Assembly (NCBI RefSeq): GCF_006345805.1
Contig: NC_043017.1
Span: forward strand, 33,542,001 to 33,606,000
Source: Octopus sinensis
Lineage: Eukaryota
DNA length: 64,000 nt
Reading direction: 5' to 3'
Shown: piece after piece, positions 12,263 through 25,600 of the stretch
Numbering within the stretch: position 1 is the first letter of the stretch
How the letters are laid out: every line of letters begins with the position of its first letter
The notes under the pieces: model-generated
What the model was told of the DNA's origin: nothing
The model's input: only the letters and a program-made list of their open reading frames with translations
Databases searched by the model: none
Position numbers and translations under genes: made by a program

Positions 12263-12353
12263 CACTTGCCCAAGATACCACGCAGTGGGACCGAACCCGG
12301 AACCATGTCGTTGGTTAGCAAGCTACTTACCACACAGCCACTCCTGCGCCTAT
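12158..12353. mobile_element. Family-B SINE split into an inverted middle segment (+, 12158-12222) and a head (-, 12261-12353) around (TA)n
   Basis: The two segments are consecutive in intact copies (e.g. 52478-52640) but lie on opposite strands here. Confidence 0.85.
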
Positions 12354-12927
12354 TCAAAATCTGCTTCGGTTCAAAATCTGAAAATAAAATCAAAAAGAAA
12401 CTAAGATAACTGCAATAAATACAGGTAAACGAAATTTTGGGGAAATAAATATGATTCAGATTGGAAAGGGTTTTGCCGTTAGAGTAAACTGGTGACAGAA
12501 ATGGGCATATAACGGGTAATTTAGCAATAATTTATTGTGAAGCCTATTGATACGTTCAGAACTAGCGATATGATTTAAACCAGTGATACTTTATTGATAT
12601 TTTGTCAAGCCTATTTTGATTTGATCATCTGGTATTGTCAATCAGAAACGCAGTTTCTTTGGGAATCACCAGGTGAAAACTTAGCACTGAGAACATATTT
12701 CATCATAATTATGACATAATATATGACGACAAACAGCAGTTTGCAAACAAATTATTTTGGAAATTTCTTATTTTTTATAATGATCTTGGAAGGAAGAAAT
12801 AGCCAAAAGTATTCACTAACAAACTACAGTGTGAAAATTGAAGACATGTCTGTGCCAAATAGCGTGAATCTGTCCATCTGTAGACAATACAAGTTAAATA
12901 CTGTGACACTAATGATATTATTGTAGG

Positions 12928-13050
12928 CTTACCACATGGTTCCGAGTTCAGGCCCACTGCGTGTTATCTTGGGCAAGTGTCTTCTACTGTAGCTTCGGGC
13001 CGACCAAAGCCTTGTGAGTGGACTTGGTAGACGGAAACTGAAAGAAGCCT
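12928..13050 (+). mobile_element. Family-B SINE fragment
   Basis: ccacatggttccgagttcaggcccactgcg...gaaactgaaagaagcctgtcgtatata matches the intact copies. Confidence 0.9.
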
Positions 13051-13971
13051 GTCGTATATATATATATATATAGTTTAATATTTGTCTTAAAGAACCAATT
13101 AAAGCGTATGTACACGCCCAATCGACTTGCTAAATATAACAGTCAGATTACATTCACTACCTGAAATTTATATTGGAAGTGTAGTGTATGTTACACGAAA
13201 TGATAGTTGAAGGTGACAGGTGAATCGCTTTTGATCAAAGATGTAGTAGGTCGGAATGGATTGTGGCTTAAACTTACAATGACTCTACTCGTCAGAGCAG
13301 GAAATTTATTTGCTATAGATACGAACTATAAGTTACACTTGAGATGTGGCTCCGTTGTACAAAAATTAAGGGAAAGATGACTTTACAACAATACTTATTT
13401 ATGTCCAAAACGTGCTGCTGTCGTTAACTGACAGCTCGGTTCTGAAGAGACATAACTGTCACGTTCTTTAGGATATTACAAACTACGTTATTCCCAATGT
13501 ACTTTCTTCTTTAGACACGACAATCCCAGAGATGTGATTTAAGTGGAATTTGACTTATACCTTTTGCAGGGCTAGTATACCGCTTATAGACTGGTTATTC
13601 AGCCGTACAAACAAGAGCTCAGTGTAATATAGATTAGCGCAAACCTTTTATTCATATACCAACCATTTCGAAACCGGTATATAAATCTCATATTTTCTTT
13701 CTTTCAGTATTTATTTATTTATTGTTTATGCGAAGGACACAAAAGGACTGCAAAAGAATATCATTCGCCATTGGAAGTATGCACAAAAAAACAAAAAAAA
13801 ACATGAAACCCTGTGTATTATTATACTAAAATTATAGTCAAGCACGTTGAATCATTAATGCATTTTACTTTTGCTCGTGATATATCGATCCCGTTTCTTA
13901 TTCAGTCACTCTACGAAGAGAACATACATACCTAAATGCAAACACACATACACGAACATACATACTTATGC

Positions 13972-14003
<32 letters not shown>

Positions 14004-14010
14004 ATATATA

Positions 14011-14049
<39 letters not shown>

Positions 14050-14074
<25 letters not shown>

Positions 14075-14712
14075 GTATGCATGTATGTATGTATATATAT
14101 ATGCACTACCATACAAACTCATTTATTTACACTTATCTACAGATATAAACACATACACCACCAAATACGCGGAAACAGGAAAAAAGTTTCTTTGATTTTA
14201 ATTGCATAAAAGTGCGTTACAATAATTGAAGAAAATTACCCATTTCAACATAATATATCAGAGTCTACTGATTACTGCAACGAAAGAAAAAAAACAGTCA
14301 TTTTCAAGTGAATTTAGTGGGGTCGGGGAGGGAAAATTGGCCCCGAGCATCAACTAAGTTAGACCAGAGAAAATTACATTACCAAAATATGTCTATATTT
14401 TGCGCACTTTGCTTGCATCGTCAACGATTTTCACCATCAGCATACCACACCACACTACCACTACCGACACCGCTACCATCACCACCACCACCACCACCGA
14501 AAGAGACCTTAGTTTATATATTTTCGTCATTCTAAATTCGGATCTCAGATCCCGCAAATATTAATTTTACGTTTTCATATAATTACATTAGATCGAACAG
14601 TAATGAGTAATATACGGCGTATAATATATATGCATCCATATAAATGCATACATACATACTTACATACGTACATACATATATACATACATACATACATACA
14701 TACATGCATGCA

Positions 14713-14744
<32 letters not shown>

Positions 14745-14772
14745 CATACATACATACATACATATATATACA

Positions 14773-14816
<44 letters not shown>

Positions 14817-15095
14817 AGTTGTATACTGTCAACTTAACGTGACAGTCCCATAAACGGAATCACACCACCACTATTGGGGTGTTTGTCACCCCTTTGCAAA
14901 TATAAGGACACAGGAAATGTGTCAAAGCCGACAGGAAGTGTCGATGCTTCCTAGGGCTAAATAGCAGTGGTGTGATTCCCTTTACGGGACTCTCACGTTA
15001 AGTTGACAGTATACAACCGCTCTATCGTTCCACCACTGCTTATATCTCTCTGAGATATTTAGAAATTTAATATTTCTGTTATATATATATAATAT

Positions 15096-15129
<34 letters not shown>

Positions 15130-15796
15130 ATGTATGCATGTATGTATGTATATATATATGCACTACCATACAACTCATTTATTTACACTTATCTACAGAT
15201 ATAAACACATACACCACCAAATACGCGGAAACAGGAAAAAAGTTTCTTTGATTTTAATTGCATTAAAAGTGCGTTACAATAATTGAAGAAAATTACCCAT
15301 TTCAACATAATATATCAGAGTCTACTGATTACTGCAACGAAAGAAAAAAAACAGTCATTTTCAAGTGAATTTAGTGGGGTCGGGGAGGGAAAATTGGCCC
15401 CGAGCATCAACTAAGTTAGACCAGAGAAAATTACATTACCAAAATATGTCTATATTTTGCGCACTTTGCTTGCATCGTCAACGATTTTCACCATCAGCAT
15501 ACCACACCACACAACTACCACTACCGACACCGCTACCATCACCACCACCACCACCACCGAAAGAGACCTTAGTTTATATATTTTCGTCATTCTAAATTCG
15601 GATCTCAGATCCCGCAAATATTAATTTTACGTTTTCATATAATTACATTAGATCGAACAGTAATGAGTAATATACGGCGTATAATATATATGCATCCATA
15701 TAAATGCATACATACATACTTACATACGTACATACATATATACATACATACATACATACATACATGCATGCATACATACATACATACATACATACA

Positions 15797-15832
<36 letters not shown>

Positions 15833-15834
15833 CA

Positions 15835-15876
<42 letters not shown>

Positions 15877-16149
15877 AGTTGTATACTGTCAACTTAACGT
15901 GACAGTCCCATAAACGGAATCACACCACCACTATTGGGGTGTTTGTCACCCCTTTGCAAATATAAGGACACAGGAAATGTGTCAAAGCCGACAGGAAGTC
16001 GATGCTTCCTAGGGCTAAATAGCAGTGGTGTGATTCCCTTTACGGGACTCTCACGTTAAGTTGACAGTATACAACCGCTCTATCGTTCCACCACTGCTTA
16101 TATCTCTCTGAGATATTTAGAAATTTAATATTTCTGTTATATATATATA

Positions 16150-16190
<41 letters not shown>
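14050..16190 (+). repeat. Direct tandem duplication, ~1.06-kb unit x2, boundaries inside (TA)n tracts
   Basis: Duplicated ORF calls 14308/15365 and 14575/15635 (offset 1057-1060); I saw only small indels between the copies. Confidence 0.95.
14812..15023. mobile_element. MITE-like element with ~57-bp terminal inverted repeats (second copy 15872-16081 in the duplication)
   Basis: agagcagttgtatactgtcaacttaacgtgacagtcccataaacggaatcacaccac versus the reverse complement of 14967-15023, 4 mismatches. Confidence 0.85.
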
Positions 16191-16192
<2 letters not shown>

Positions 16193-16352
16193 TGTGTGTG
16201 TATATATAAAGTTAATACAAACAAGAAAACACAGCAACGCGAGGACGTGGAACAAATAAAGTATTATTGGACGCTCAGGAAAGAAGGGAAGGAGGGTTAT
16301 GAAAAAACAAGTCGAGATAAAAAATGCTAAACTAATTTTATAAAGAACATTT

Positions 16353-16389
16353 CAGTACCGGTTCCAGTCATTTGAGACCTTTTCAACTG
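16353..16389 (-). ncRNA. Degenerate hammerhead ribozyme remnant
   Basis: Minus strand CAG-TTGAAAA-GGTC-TCAAAT-GACT-GGAA-CCGG-TA-CTG: stems I and II and palindromic ACCGGT are kept, with three core substitutions. Confidence 0.45.
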
Positions 16390-16644
16390 TAACGATTAAA
16401 TAATTAAAGTTAGAAAAATTAAAAGAGAAGTTTTTTTAAAAGAATATTTGTATAGTGTTCAAATATAAGTGGCATTTTCCTTGTTTCTGCCTTTCTCTGT
16501 CTCTCTTGTTTACTCTTGTGGGTTCGAGGTCCAAGTGAATTCTTGGTAGAGAAGAAGAAGGAGGAGGAGGAGGAGGAGAAGGGGGGATGCATAATTGTAT
16601 AGATATACATAGGACACATACAAACACACACACACATATATATA

Positions 16645-19600
16645 TATCCACTTTTTATGCTGGCTTGGATTGGTCAGCTCGATACGATCCGACTTGTAGG
16701 CCGACTGTATTGTACTTCTATGCATCTGTTTTGCCCTGGTTCCAACGGCTCGATGCCCTTCGTAAGGGCAATCCCGTTACAAAGTGTCCTGAGTGCTTGG
16801 TTAATAGCTCCAAGACGGAGAGGCTAAAATACCACCAGAACTTAGAAAAGATGACATAAGAGAATAGCATAAGAGAGAAAGGGAGGTAGAGAGAAAGGGG
16901 GAAGAGGGAGTGACTATGCGAGTTGATGAGAGAGGGTGAAGCATAATGAAAGGAAATGGTTAATTGCTAAAAGGATGAAATGGAAATTGTAGTAATTTTG
17001 TAACTGCTGGAAAAGGGGTGGAAGATGGAATTAAGTGTCAAAGATTAGAGAGAGGAAAACAGAGAGAAAGTGATATAAGTTAGAAGAAATGGTGGCGGGG
17101 TGCGTAGGAATTCCATTGCTGTCCCACGTGATAAAAAGTAATATAACCAACCGCACAGTACGGTGGAAAAAGGAACATAAAAAAATACAAAAAATATGGG
17201 TGCGGTGGAAATCCAGGTAATGTCATTGAATAAAAGAGAGTTGTAAATAGCCTAGTATTGGGGGCCAGAGACGGAAGGGTTAGGAAAATTAAGGCTGTAT
17301 TGCATCAATGTCATTTGGCTTGCTGTATGTTTGTGAAGAGACCCCGGCCCGCCTCTTCTTCTCCGTACTCTACCTGGCCATTAATGTGGAGAACTGAGAA
17401 CCGATAATTGCTTCCGCTTTCATCAAATTTGCCACCAATGCTTTACTCGAAACATCTTTTGGGTTCTGCTACTCTTGTTAAAGTTGTGCTTGCTAGTGTA
17501 TGTGACCCTTTTTCCTTTCCTACTTCTCTTCGTTTTGAAGGCAAAGAAAACCAACGTTATTGTAAAAGCGCATTCTTCCTGTCTGTGACAGATCCGATAT
17601 GTATATCAAGAGTTTTGAAATTGTTGAACAAGTGGCTTTTCCTCGAATCCTAACATAAATGTCTTTTATTTCTGAGAATGGCTCTTATCTCTTAGAAAAA
17701 CAAATTGAGGATGGTTATACTGTTCTGAGAATGGCTCTTATCTCTTAGAAAAACAAATTGAGGATGGTTATACTGTTCTGAGAATGGCTCTTATCTCTTA
17801 GAAAAACAAATTGAGGATGGTTATACTGTTCTGAGAATGGCTCTTATCTCTTAGAAAAACAAATTGAGGATGGTTATACTGTCTGAGAATGGCTATATCT
17901 CTTAGAAAAACAAATTGAGGATGGTTATACTGTTCTGAGAATGGCTATATCTCTTAGAAAAATAAATTGAGGATGGTTATACTGTTCTGAGAATGGCTCT
18001 TATCTCTTAGAAAAAAAATTGAGGATGGTTATACTGTTCTGAGAATGGCTCTTATCTCTTAGAAAAATAAATTGAGGATGGTTATACTGTTCTGAGAATG
18101 GCTCTTATCTCTTAGAAAAATAAATTGAGGATGGTTATACTGTTCTGAGAATGGCTCTTATCTCTTAGAAAAACAAATTGAGGATGGTTATACTGTTCTG
18201 AGAATGGCTCTTATCTCTTAGAAAAATTAATTGAGGATGGTTATACTGTTCTGAGAATGGCTCTTATCTCTTAGAAAAACAAATTGAGGATGGTTATACT
18301 GTTCTGAGAATGGCTCTTATCTCTTAGAAAAACAAATTGAGGATGGTTATACTGTTCTGAGAATGGCTCTTATCTCTTAGAAAAATAATTGAGGATGGTT
18401 ATACTGTTCTGAGAATGGCTCTTATCTCTTAGAAAAACAAATTGAGGATGGTTATACTGTTCTGAGAATGGCTCTTATCTCTTAGAAAAAAAATTGAGGA
18501 TGGTTATACTGTTCTGAGAATGGCTCTTATCTCTTAGAAAAATAAATTGAGGATGGTTATACTGTTCTGAGAATGGCTATATCTCTTAGAAAAATAAATT
18601 GAGGATGGTTATACTGTTCTGAGAATGGCTCTTATCTCTTAGAAAAACAAATTGAGGATGGTTATACTGTTCTGAGAATGGCTATATCTCTTAGAAAAAT
18701 AAATTGAGGATGGTTATACTGTTCTGAGAATGGCTCTTATCTCTTAGAAAAACAAATTGAGGATGGTTATACTGTTCTGAGAATGGCTATATCTCTTAGA
18801 AAAACAAATTGAGGATGGTTATACTGTTCTGAGAATGGCTATATCTCTTAGAAAAATAAATTGAGGATGGTTATACTGTTCTGAGAATGGCTCTTATCTC
18901 TTAGAAAAACAAATTGAGGATGGTTATACTGTTCTGAGAATGGCTCTTATCTCTTAGAAAAATAAATTGAGGATGGTTATACTGTTCTGAGAATGGCTCT
19001 TATCTCTTAGAAAAATAAATTGAGGATGGTTATACTGTTCTGAGAATGGCTCTTATCTCTTAGAAAAATAAATTGAGGATGGTTATACTGTTCTGAGAAT
19101 GGCTCTTATCTCTTAGAAAAACAAATTGAGGATGGTTATACTGTTCTGAGAATGGCTCTTATCTCTTAGAAAAATAAATTGAGGATGGTTATACTGTTCT
19201 GAGAATGGCTCTTATCTCTTAGAAAAACAAATTGAGGATGGTTATACTGTTCTGAGAATGGCTCTTATCTCTTAGAAAAACAAATTGAGGATGGTTATAC
19301 TGTTCTGAGAATGGCTCTTATCTCTTAGAAAAACAAATTGAGGATGGTTATACTGTTCTGAGAATGGCTCTTATCTCTTAGAAAAACAAATTGAGGATGG
19401 TTATACTGTTCTGAGAATGGCTCTTATCTCTTAGAAAAACAAATTGAGGATGGTTATACTGTTCTGAGAATGGCTCTTATCTCTTAGAAAAACAATTGAG
19501 GATGGTTATACTGTTCTGAGAATGGCTCTTATCTCTTAGAAAAATAAATTGAGGATGGTTATACTGTTCTGAGAATGGCTCTTATCTCTTAGAAAAACAA

Positions 19601-22600
19601 ATTGAGGATGGTTATACTGTTCTGAGAATGGCTATATCTCTTAGAAAAAAAATTGAGGATGGTTATACTGTTCTGAGAATGGCTCTTATCTCTTAGAAAA
19701 ACAAATTGAGGATGGTTATACTGTTCTGAGAATGGCTCTATCTCTTAGAAAAATAAATTGAGGATGGTTATACTGTTCTGAGAATGGCTCTTATCTCTTA
19801 GAAAAACAAATTGAGGATGGTTATACTGTTCTGAGAATGGCTTATCTCTTAGAAAAACAAATTGAGGATGGTTATACTGTTCTGAGAATGGCTATATCTC
19901 TTAGAAAAATAAATTGAGGATGGTTATACTGTTCTGAGAATGGCTCTTATCTCTTAGAAAAACAAATTGAGGATGGTTATACTGTTCTGAGAATGGCTCT
20001 TATCTCTTAGAAAAATAAATTGAGGATGGTTATACTGTTCTGAGAATGGCTCTTATCTCTTAGAAAATAAATTGAGGATGGTTATACTGTTCTGAGAATG
20101 GCTCTTATCTCTTAGAAAAATAAATTGAGGATGGTTATACTGTTCTGAGAATGGCTCTTATCTCTTAGAAAAACAAATTGAGGATGGTTATACTGTTCTG
20201 AGAATGGCTCTTATCTCTTAGAAAAATAAATTGAGGATGGTTATACTGTTCTGAGAATGGCTCTTATCTCTTAGAAAAACAAATTGAGGATGGTATACTG
20301 TTCTGAGAATGGCTCTTATCTCTTAGAAAAAACAAATTGAGGATGGTTATACTGTTCTGAGAATGGCTTATCTCTTAGAAAAACAAATTGAGGATGGTTA
20401 TACTGTTCTGAGAATGGCTCTTATCTCTTAGAAAAACAAATTGAGGATGGTTATACTGTTCTGAGAATGGCTCTATCTCTTAGAAAAACAAATTGAGGAT
20501 GGTTATACTGTTCTGAGAATGGCTATATCTCTTAGAAAAATAAATTGAGGATGGTTATACTGTTCTGAGAATGGCTCTTATCTCTTAGAAAAAAAATTGA
20601 GGATGGTTATACTGTTCTGAGAATGGCTATATCTCTTAGAAAAACAAATTGAGGATGGTTATACTGTTCTGAGAATGGCTATATCTCTTAGAAAAATAAA
20701 TTGAGGATGGTTATACTGTTCTGAGAATGGCTCTTATCTCTTAGAAAAACAAATTGAGGATGGTTATACTGTTCTGAGAATGGCTATATCTCTTAGAAAA
20801 ACAATTGAGGATGGTTATACTGTTCTGAGAATGGCTATATCTCTTAGAAAAATAATTGAGGATGGTTATACTGTTCTGAGAATGGCTCTTATCTCTTAGA
20901 AAAACAAATTGAGGATGGTTATACTGTTCTGAGAATGGCTCTTATCTCTTAGAAAAACAAATTGAGGATGGTTATACTGTTCTGAGAATGGCTCTTATCT
21001 CTTAGAAAAAAAATTGAGGATGGTTATACTGTTCTGAGAATGGCTCTTATCTCTTAGAAAAACAAATTGAGGATGGTTATACTGTTCTGAGAATGGCTAT
21101 ATCTCTTAGAAAAATAAATTGAGGATGGTTATACTGTTCTGAGAATGGCTTATCTCTTAGAAAAATAAATTGAGGATGGTTATACTGTTCTGAGAATGGC
21201 TCTTATCTCTTAGAAAAACAATTGAGGATGGTTATACTGTTCTGAGAATGGCTCTTATCTCTTAGAAAAACAAATTGAGGATGGTTATACTGTTCTGAGA
21301 ATGGCTCTTATCTCTTAGAAAAACAAATTGAGGATGGTTATACTGTTCTGAGAATGGCTCTTATCTCTTAGAAAAATAAATTGAGGATGGTTATACTGTT
21401 CTGAGAATGGCTCTTATCTCTTAGAAAAACAAATTGAGGATGGTTATACTGTTCTGAGAATGGCTCTTATCTCTTAGAAAAATAAATTGAGGATGGTTAT
21501 ACTGTTCTGAGAATGGCTATATCTCTTAGAAAAATAAATTGAGGATGGTTATACTGTTCTGAGAATGGCTCTTATCTCTTAGAAAAACAAATTGAGGATG
21601 GTTATACTGTTCTGAGAATGGCTCTTATCTCTTAGAAAAATAAATTGAGGATGGTTATACTGTTCTGAGAATGGCTCTTATCTCTTAGAAAAATAAATTG
21701 AGGATGGTTATACTGTTCTGAGAATGGCTCTTATCTCTTAGAAAAATAAATTGAGGATGGTTATACTGTTCTGAGAATGGCTCTTATCTCTTAGAAAAAC
21801 AAATTGAGGATGGTTATACTGTTCTGAGAATGGCTCTTATCTCTTAGAAAAATAAATTGAGGATGGTTATACTGTTCTGAGAATGGCTCTTATCTCTTAG
21901 AAAAACAAATTGAGGATGGTTATACTGTTCTGAGAATGGCTTATATCTCTTAGAAAAACAAATTGAGGATGGTTATACTGTTCTGAGAATGGCTTATCTC
22001 TTAGAAAAATAAATTGAGGATGGTTATACTGTTCTGAGAATGGCTCTTATCTCTTAGAAAAACAAATTGAGGATGGTTATACTGTTCTGAGAATGGCTCT
22101 TATCTCTTAGAAAAATAAATTGAGGATGGTTATACTGTTCTGAGAATGGCTCTTATCTCTTAGAAAAATAAATTGAGGATGGTTATACTGTTCTGAGAAT
22201 GGCTCTTATCTCTTAGAAAACAAATTGAGGATGGTTATACTGTTCTGAGAATGGCTCTTATCTCTTAGAAAAACAAATTGAGGATGGTTATACTGTTCTG
22301 AGAATGGCTCTTATCTCTTAGAAAAATAAATTGAGGATGGTTATACTGTTCTGAGAATGGCTCTTATCTCTTAGAAAAACAAATTGAGGATGGTTATACT
22401 GTTCTGAGAATGGCTCTTATCTCTTAGAAAAACAAATTGAGGATGGTTATACTGTTCTGAGAATGGCTATATCTCTTAGAAAAACAAATTGAGGATGGTT
22501 ATACTGTTCTGAGAATGGCTCTTATCTCTTAGAAAAACAAATTGAGGATGGTTATACTGTTCTGAGAATGGCTCTTATCTCTTAGAAAAACAAATTGAGG

Positions 22601-25600
22601 ATGGTTATACTGTTCTGAGAATGGCTCTTATCTCTTAGAAAAACAAATTGAGGATGGTTATACTGTTCTGAGAATGGCTATATCTCTTAGAAAAATAAAT
22701 TGAGGATGGTTATACTGTTCTGAGAATGGCTCTTATCTCTTAGAAAAACAAATTGAGGATGGTTATACTGTTCTGAGAATGGCTATATCTCTTAGAAAAC
22801 AAATTGAGGATGGTTATACTGTTCTGAGAATGGCTCTTATCTCTTAGAAAAACAAATTGAGGATGGTTATACTGTTCTGAGAATGGCTATATCTCTTAGA
22901 AAAATAAATTGAGGATGGTATACTGTTCTGAGAATGGCTCTTATCTCTTAGAAAAACAAATTGAGGATGGTTATACTGTTCTGAGAATGGCTATATCTCT
23001 TAGAAAAACAAATTTAGGATGGTTATACTGTTCTGAGAATGGCTATATCTCTTAGAAAAATAAATTGAGGATGGTTATACTGTTCTGAGAATGGCTCTTA
23101 TCTCTTAGAAAAACAAATTGAGGATGGTTATACTGTTCTGAGAATGGCTCTTATCTCTTAGAAAAATAAATTGAGGATGGTTATACTGTTCTGAGAATGG
23201 CTCATATCTCTTAGAAAAATAAATTGAGGATGGTTTACTGTTCTGAGAATGGCTCTTATCTCTTAGAAAAATAAATTGAGGATGGTTATACTGTTCTGAG
23301 AATGGCTCTTATCTCTTAGAAAAACAATTGAGGATGGTTATACTGTTCTGAGAATGGCTCTTATCTCTTAGAAAAATAAATTGAGGATGGTTATACTGTT
23401 CTGAGAATGGCTCTTATCTCTTAGAAAAACAAATTGAGGATGGTTATACTGTTCTGAGAATGGCTCTTATCTCTTAGAAAAACAAATTGAGGATGGTTAT
23501 ACTGTTCTGAGAATGGCTTATCTCTTAGAAAAACAAGTTGAGGATGGTTATACTGTTCTGAGAATGGCTCTTATCTCTTAGAAAAACAAATGAGGATGGT
23601 TATACTGTTCTGAGAATGGCTCTTATCTCTTAGAAAAACAAATTGAGGATGGTTATACTGTTCTGAGAATGGCTATATCTCTTAGAAAAATAAATTGAGG
23701 ATGGTTATACTGTTCTGAGAATGGCTCTTATCTCTTAGAAAAACAAATTGAGGATGGTTATACTGTTCTGAGAATGGCTATATCTCTTAGAAAAACAAAT
23801 TGAGGATGGTTATACTGTTCTGAGAATGGCTTATCTCTTAGAAAAATAAATTGAGGATGGTTATACTGTTCTGAGAATGGCTTATCTCTTAGAAAAACAA
23901 ATTGAGGATGGTTATACTGTTCTGAGAATGGCTCTTATCTCTTAGAAAAACAATTGAGGATGGTTATACTGTTCTGAGAATGGCTATATCTCTTAGAAAA
24001 ACAAATTGAGGATGGTTATACTGTTCTGAGAATGGCTATATCTCTTAGAAAAATAAATTGAGGATGGTTATACTGTTCTGAGAATGGCTCTTATCTCTTA
24101 GAAAAACAAATTGAGGATGGTTATACTGTTCTGAGAATGGCTATATCTCTTAGAAAAACAAATTGAGGATGGTTATACTGTTCTGAGAATGGCTCTTATC
24201 TCTTAGAAAAACAAATTGAGGATGGTTATACTGTTCTGAGAATGGCTCTTATCTCTTAGAAAAACAAATTGAGGATGGTTATACTGTTCTGAGAATGGCT
24301 CTTATCTCTTAGAAAAATAAATTGAGGATGGTTTACTGTTCTGAGAATGGCTATATCTCTTAGAAAAATAAATTGAGGATGGTTATACTGTTCTGAGAAT
24401 GGCTCTTATCTCTTAGAAAAACAAATTGAGGATGGTTATACTGTTCTGAGAATGGCTCTTATCTCTTAGAAAAACAAATTGAGGATGGTTATACTGTTCT
24501 GAGAATGGCTCTTATCTCTTAGAAAACAAATTGAGGATGGTTATACTGTTCTGAGAATGGCTCTTATCTCTTAGAAAATAAATTGAGGATGGTTATACTG
24601 TTCTGAGAATGGCTTATCTCTTAGAAAAACAAATTGAGGATGGTTATACTGTTCTGAGAATGGCTCTTATCTCTTAGAAAAATAAATTGAGGATGGTTAT
24701 ACTGTTCTGAGAATGGCTCTTATCTCTTAGAAAAATAAATTGAGGATGGTTATACTGTTCTGAGAATGGCTCTTATCTCTTAGAAAAATAAATTGAGGAT
24801 GGTTATACTGTTCTGAGAATGGCTCTTATCTCTTAGAAAAATAATTGAGGATGGTTATACTGTTCTGAGAATGGCTCTTATCTCTTAGAAAAATAAATTG
24901 AGGATGGTTTACTGTTCTGAGAATGGCTCTTATCTCTTAGAAAAATAAATTGAGGATGGTTATACTGTTCTGAGAATGGCTATATCTCTTAGAAAAATAA
25001 ATTGAGGATGGTTATACTGTTCTGAGAATGGCTCTTATCTCTTAGAAAAACAAATTGAGGATGGTTATACTGTTCTAAGAATGGCTCTTATCTCTTAGAA
25101 AAACAAATTGAGGATGGTCATACTGTTCTGAGAATGGCTCTTATCTCTTAGAAAAACAAATTGAGGATGGTTATACTGTTCTGAGAATGGCTCTTATCTC
25201 TTAGAAAAATAAATTGAGGATGGTTATACTGTTCTGAGAATGGCTCTTATCTCTTAGAAAAACAAATTGAGGATGGTTATACTGTTCTGAGAATGGCTCT
25301 TATCTCTTAGAAAAATAAATTGAGGATGGTTATACTGTTCTGAGAATGGCTCTTATCTCTTAGAAAAATAAATTGAGGATGGTTATACTGTTCTGAGAAT
25401 GGCTCTTATCTCTTAGAAAAACAAATTGAGGATGGTTATACTGTTCTGAGAATGGCTCTTATCTCTTAGAAAATAAATTGAGGATGGTTATACTGTTCTG
25501 AGAATGGCTCTTATCTCTTAGAAAAATAAATTGAGGATGGTTATACTGTTCTGAGAATGGCTCTTATCTCTTAGAAAAATAAATTGAGGATGGTTATACT

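Noticed and set aside
13441-13470. ctgaaga-gaca-taac-tgtc as a hammerhead
   Set aside because: No GAAA after stem II
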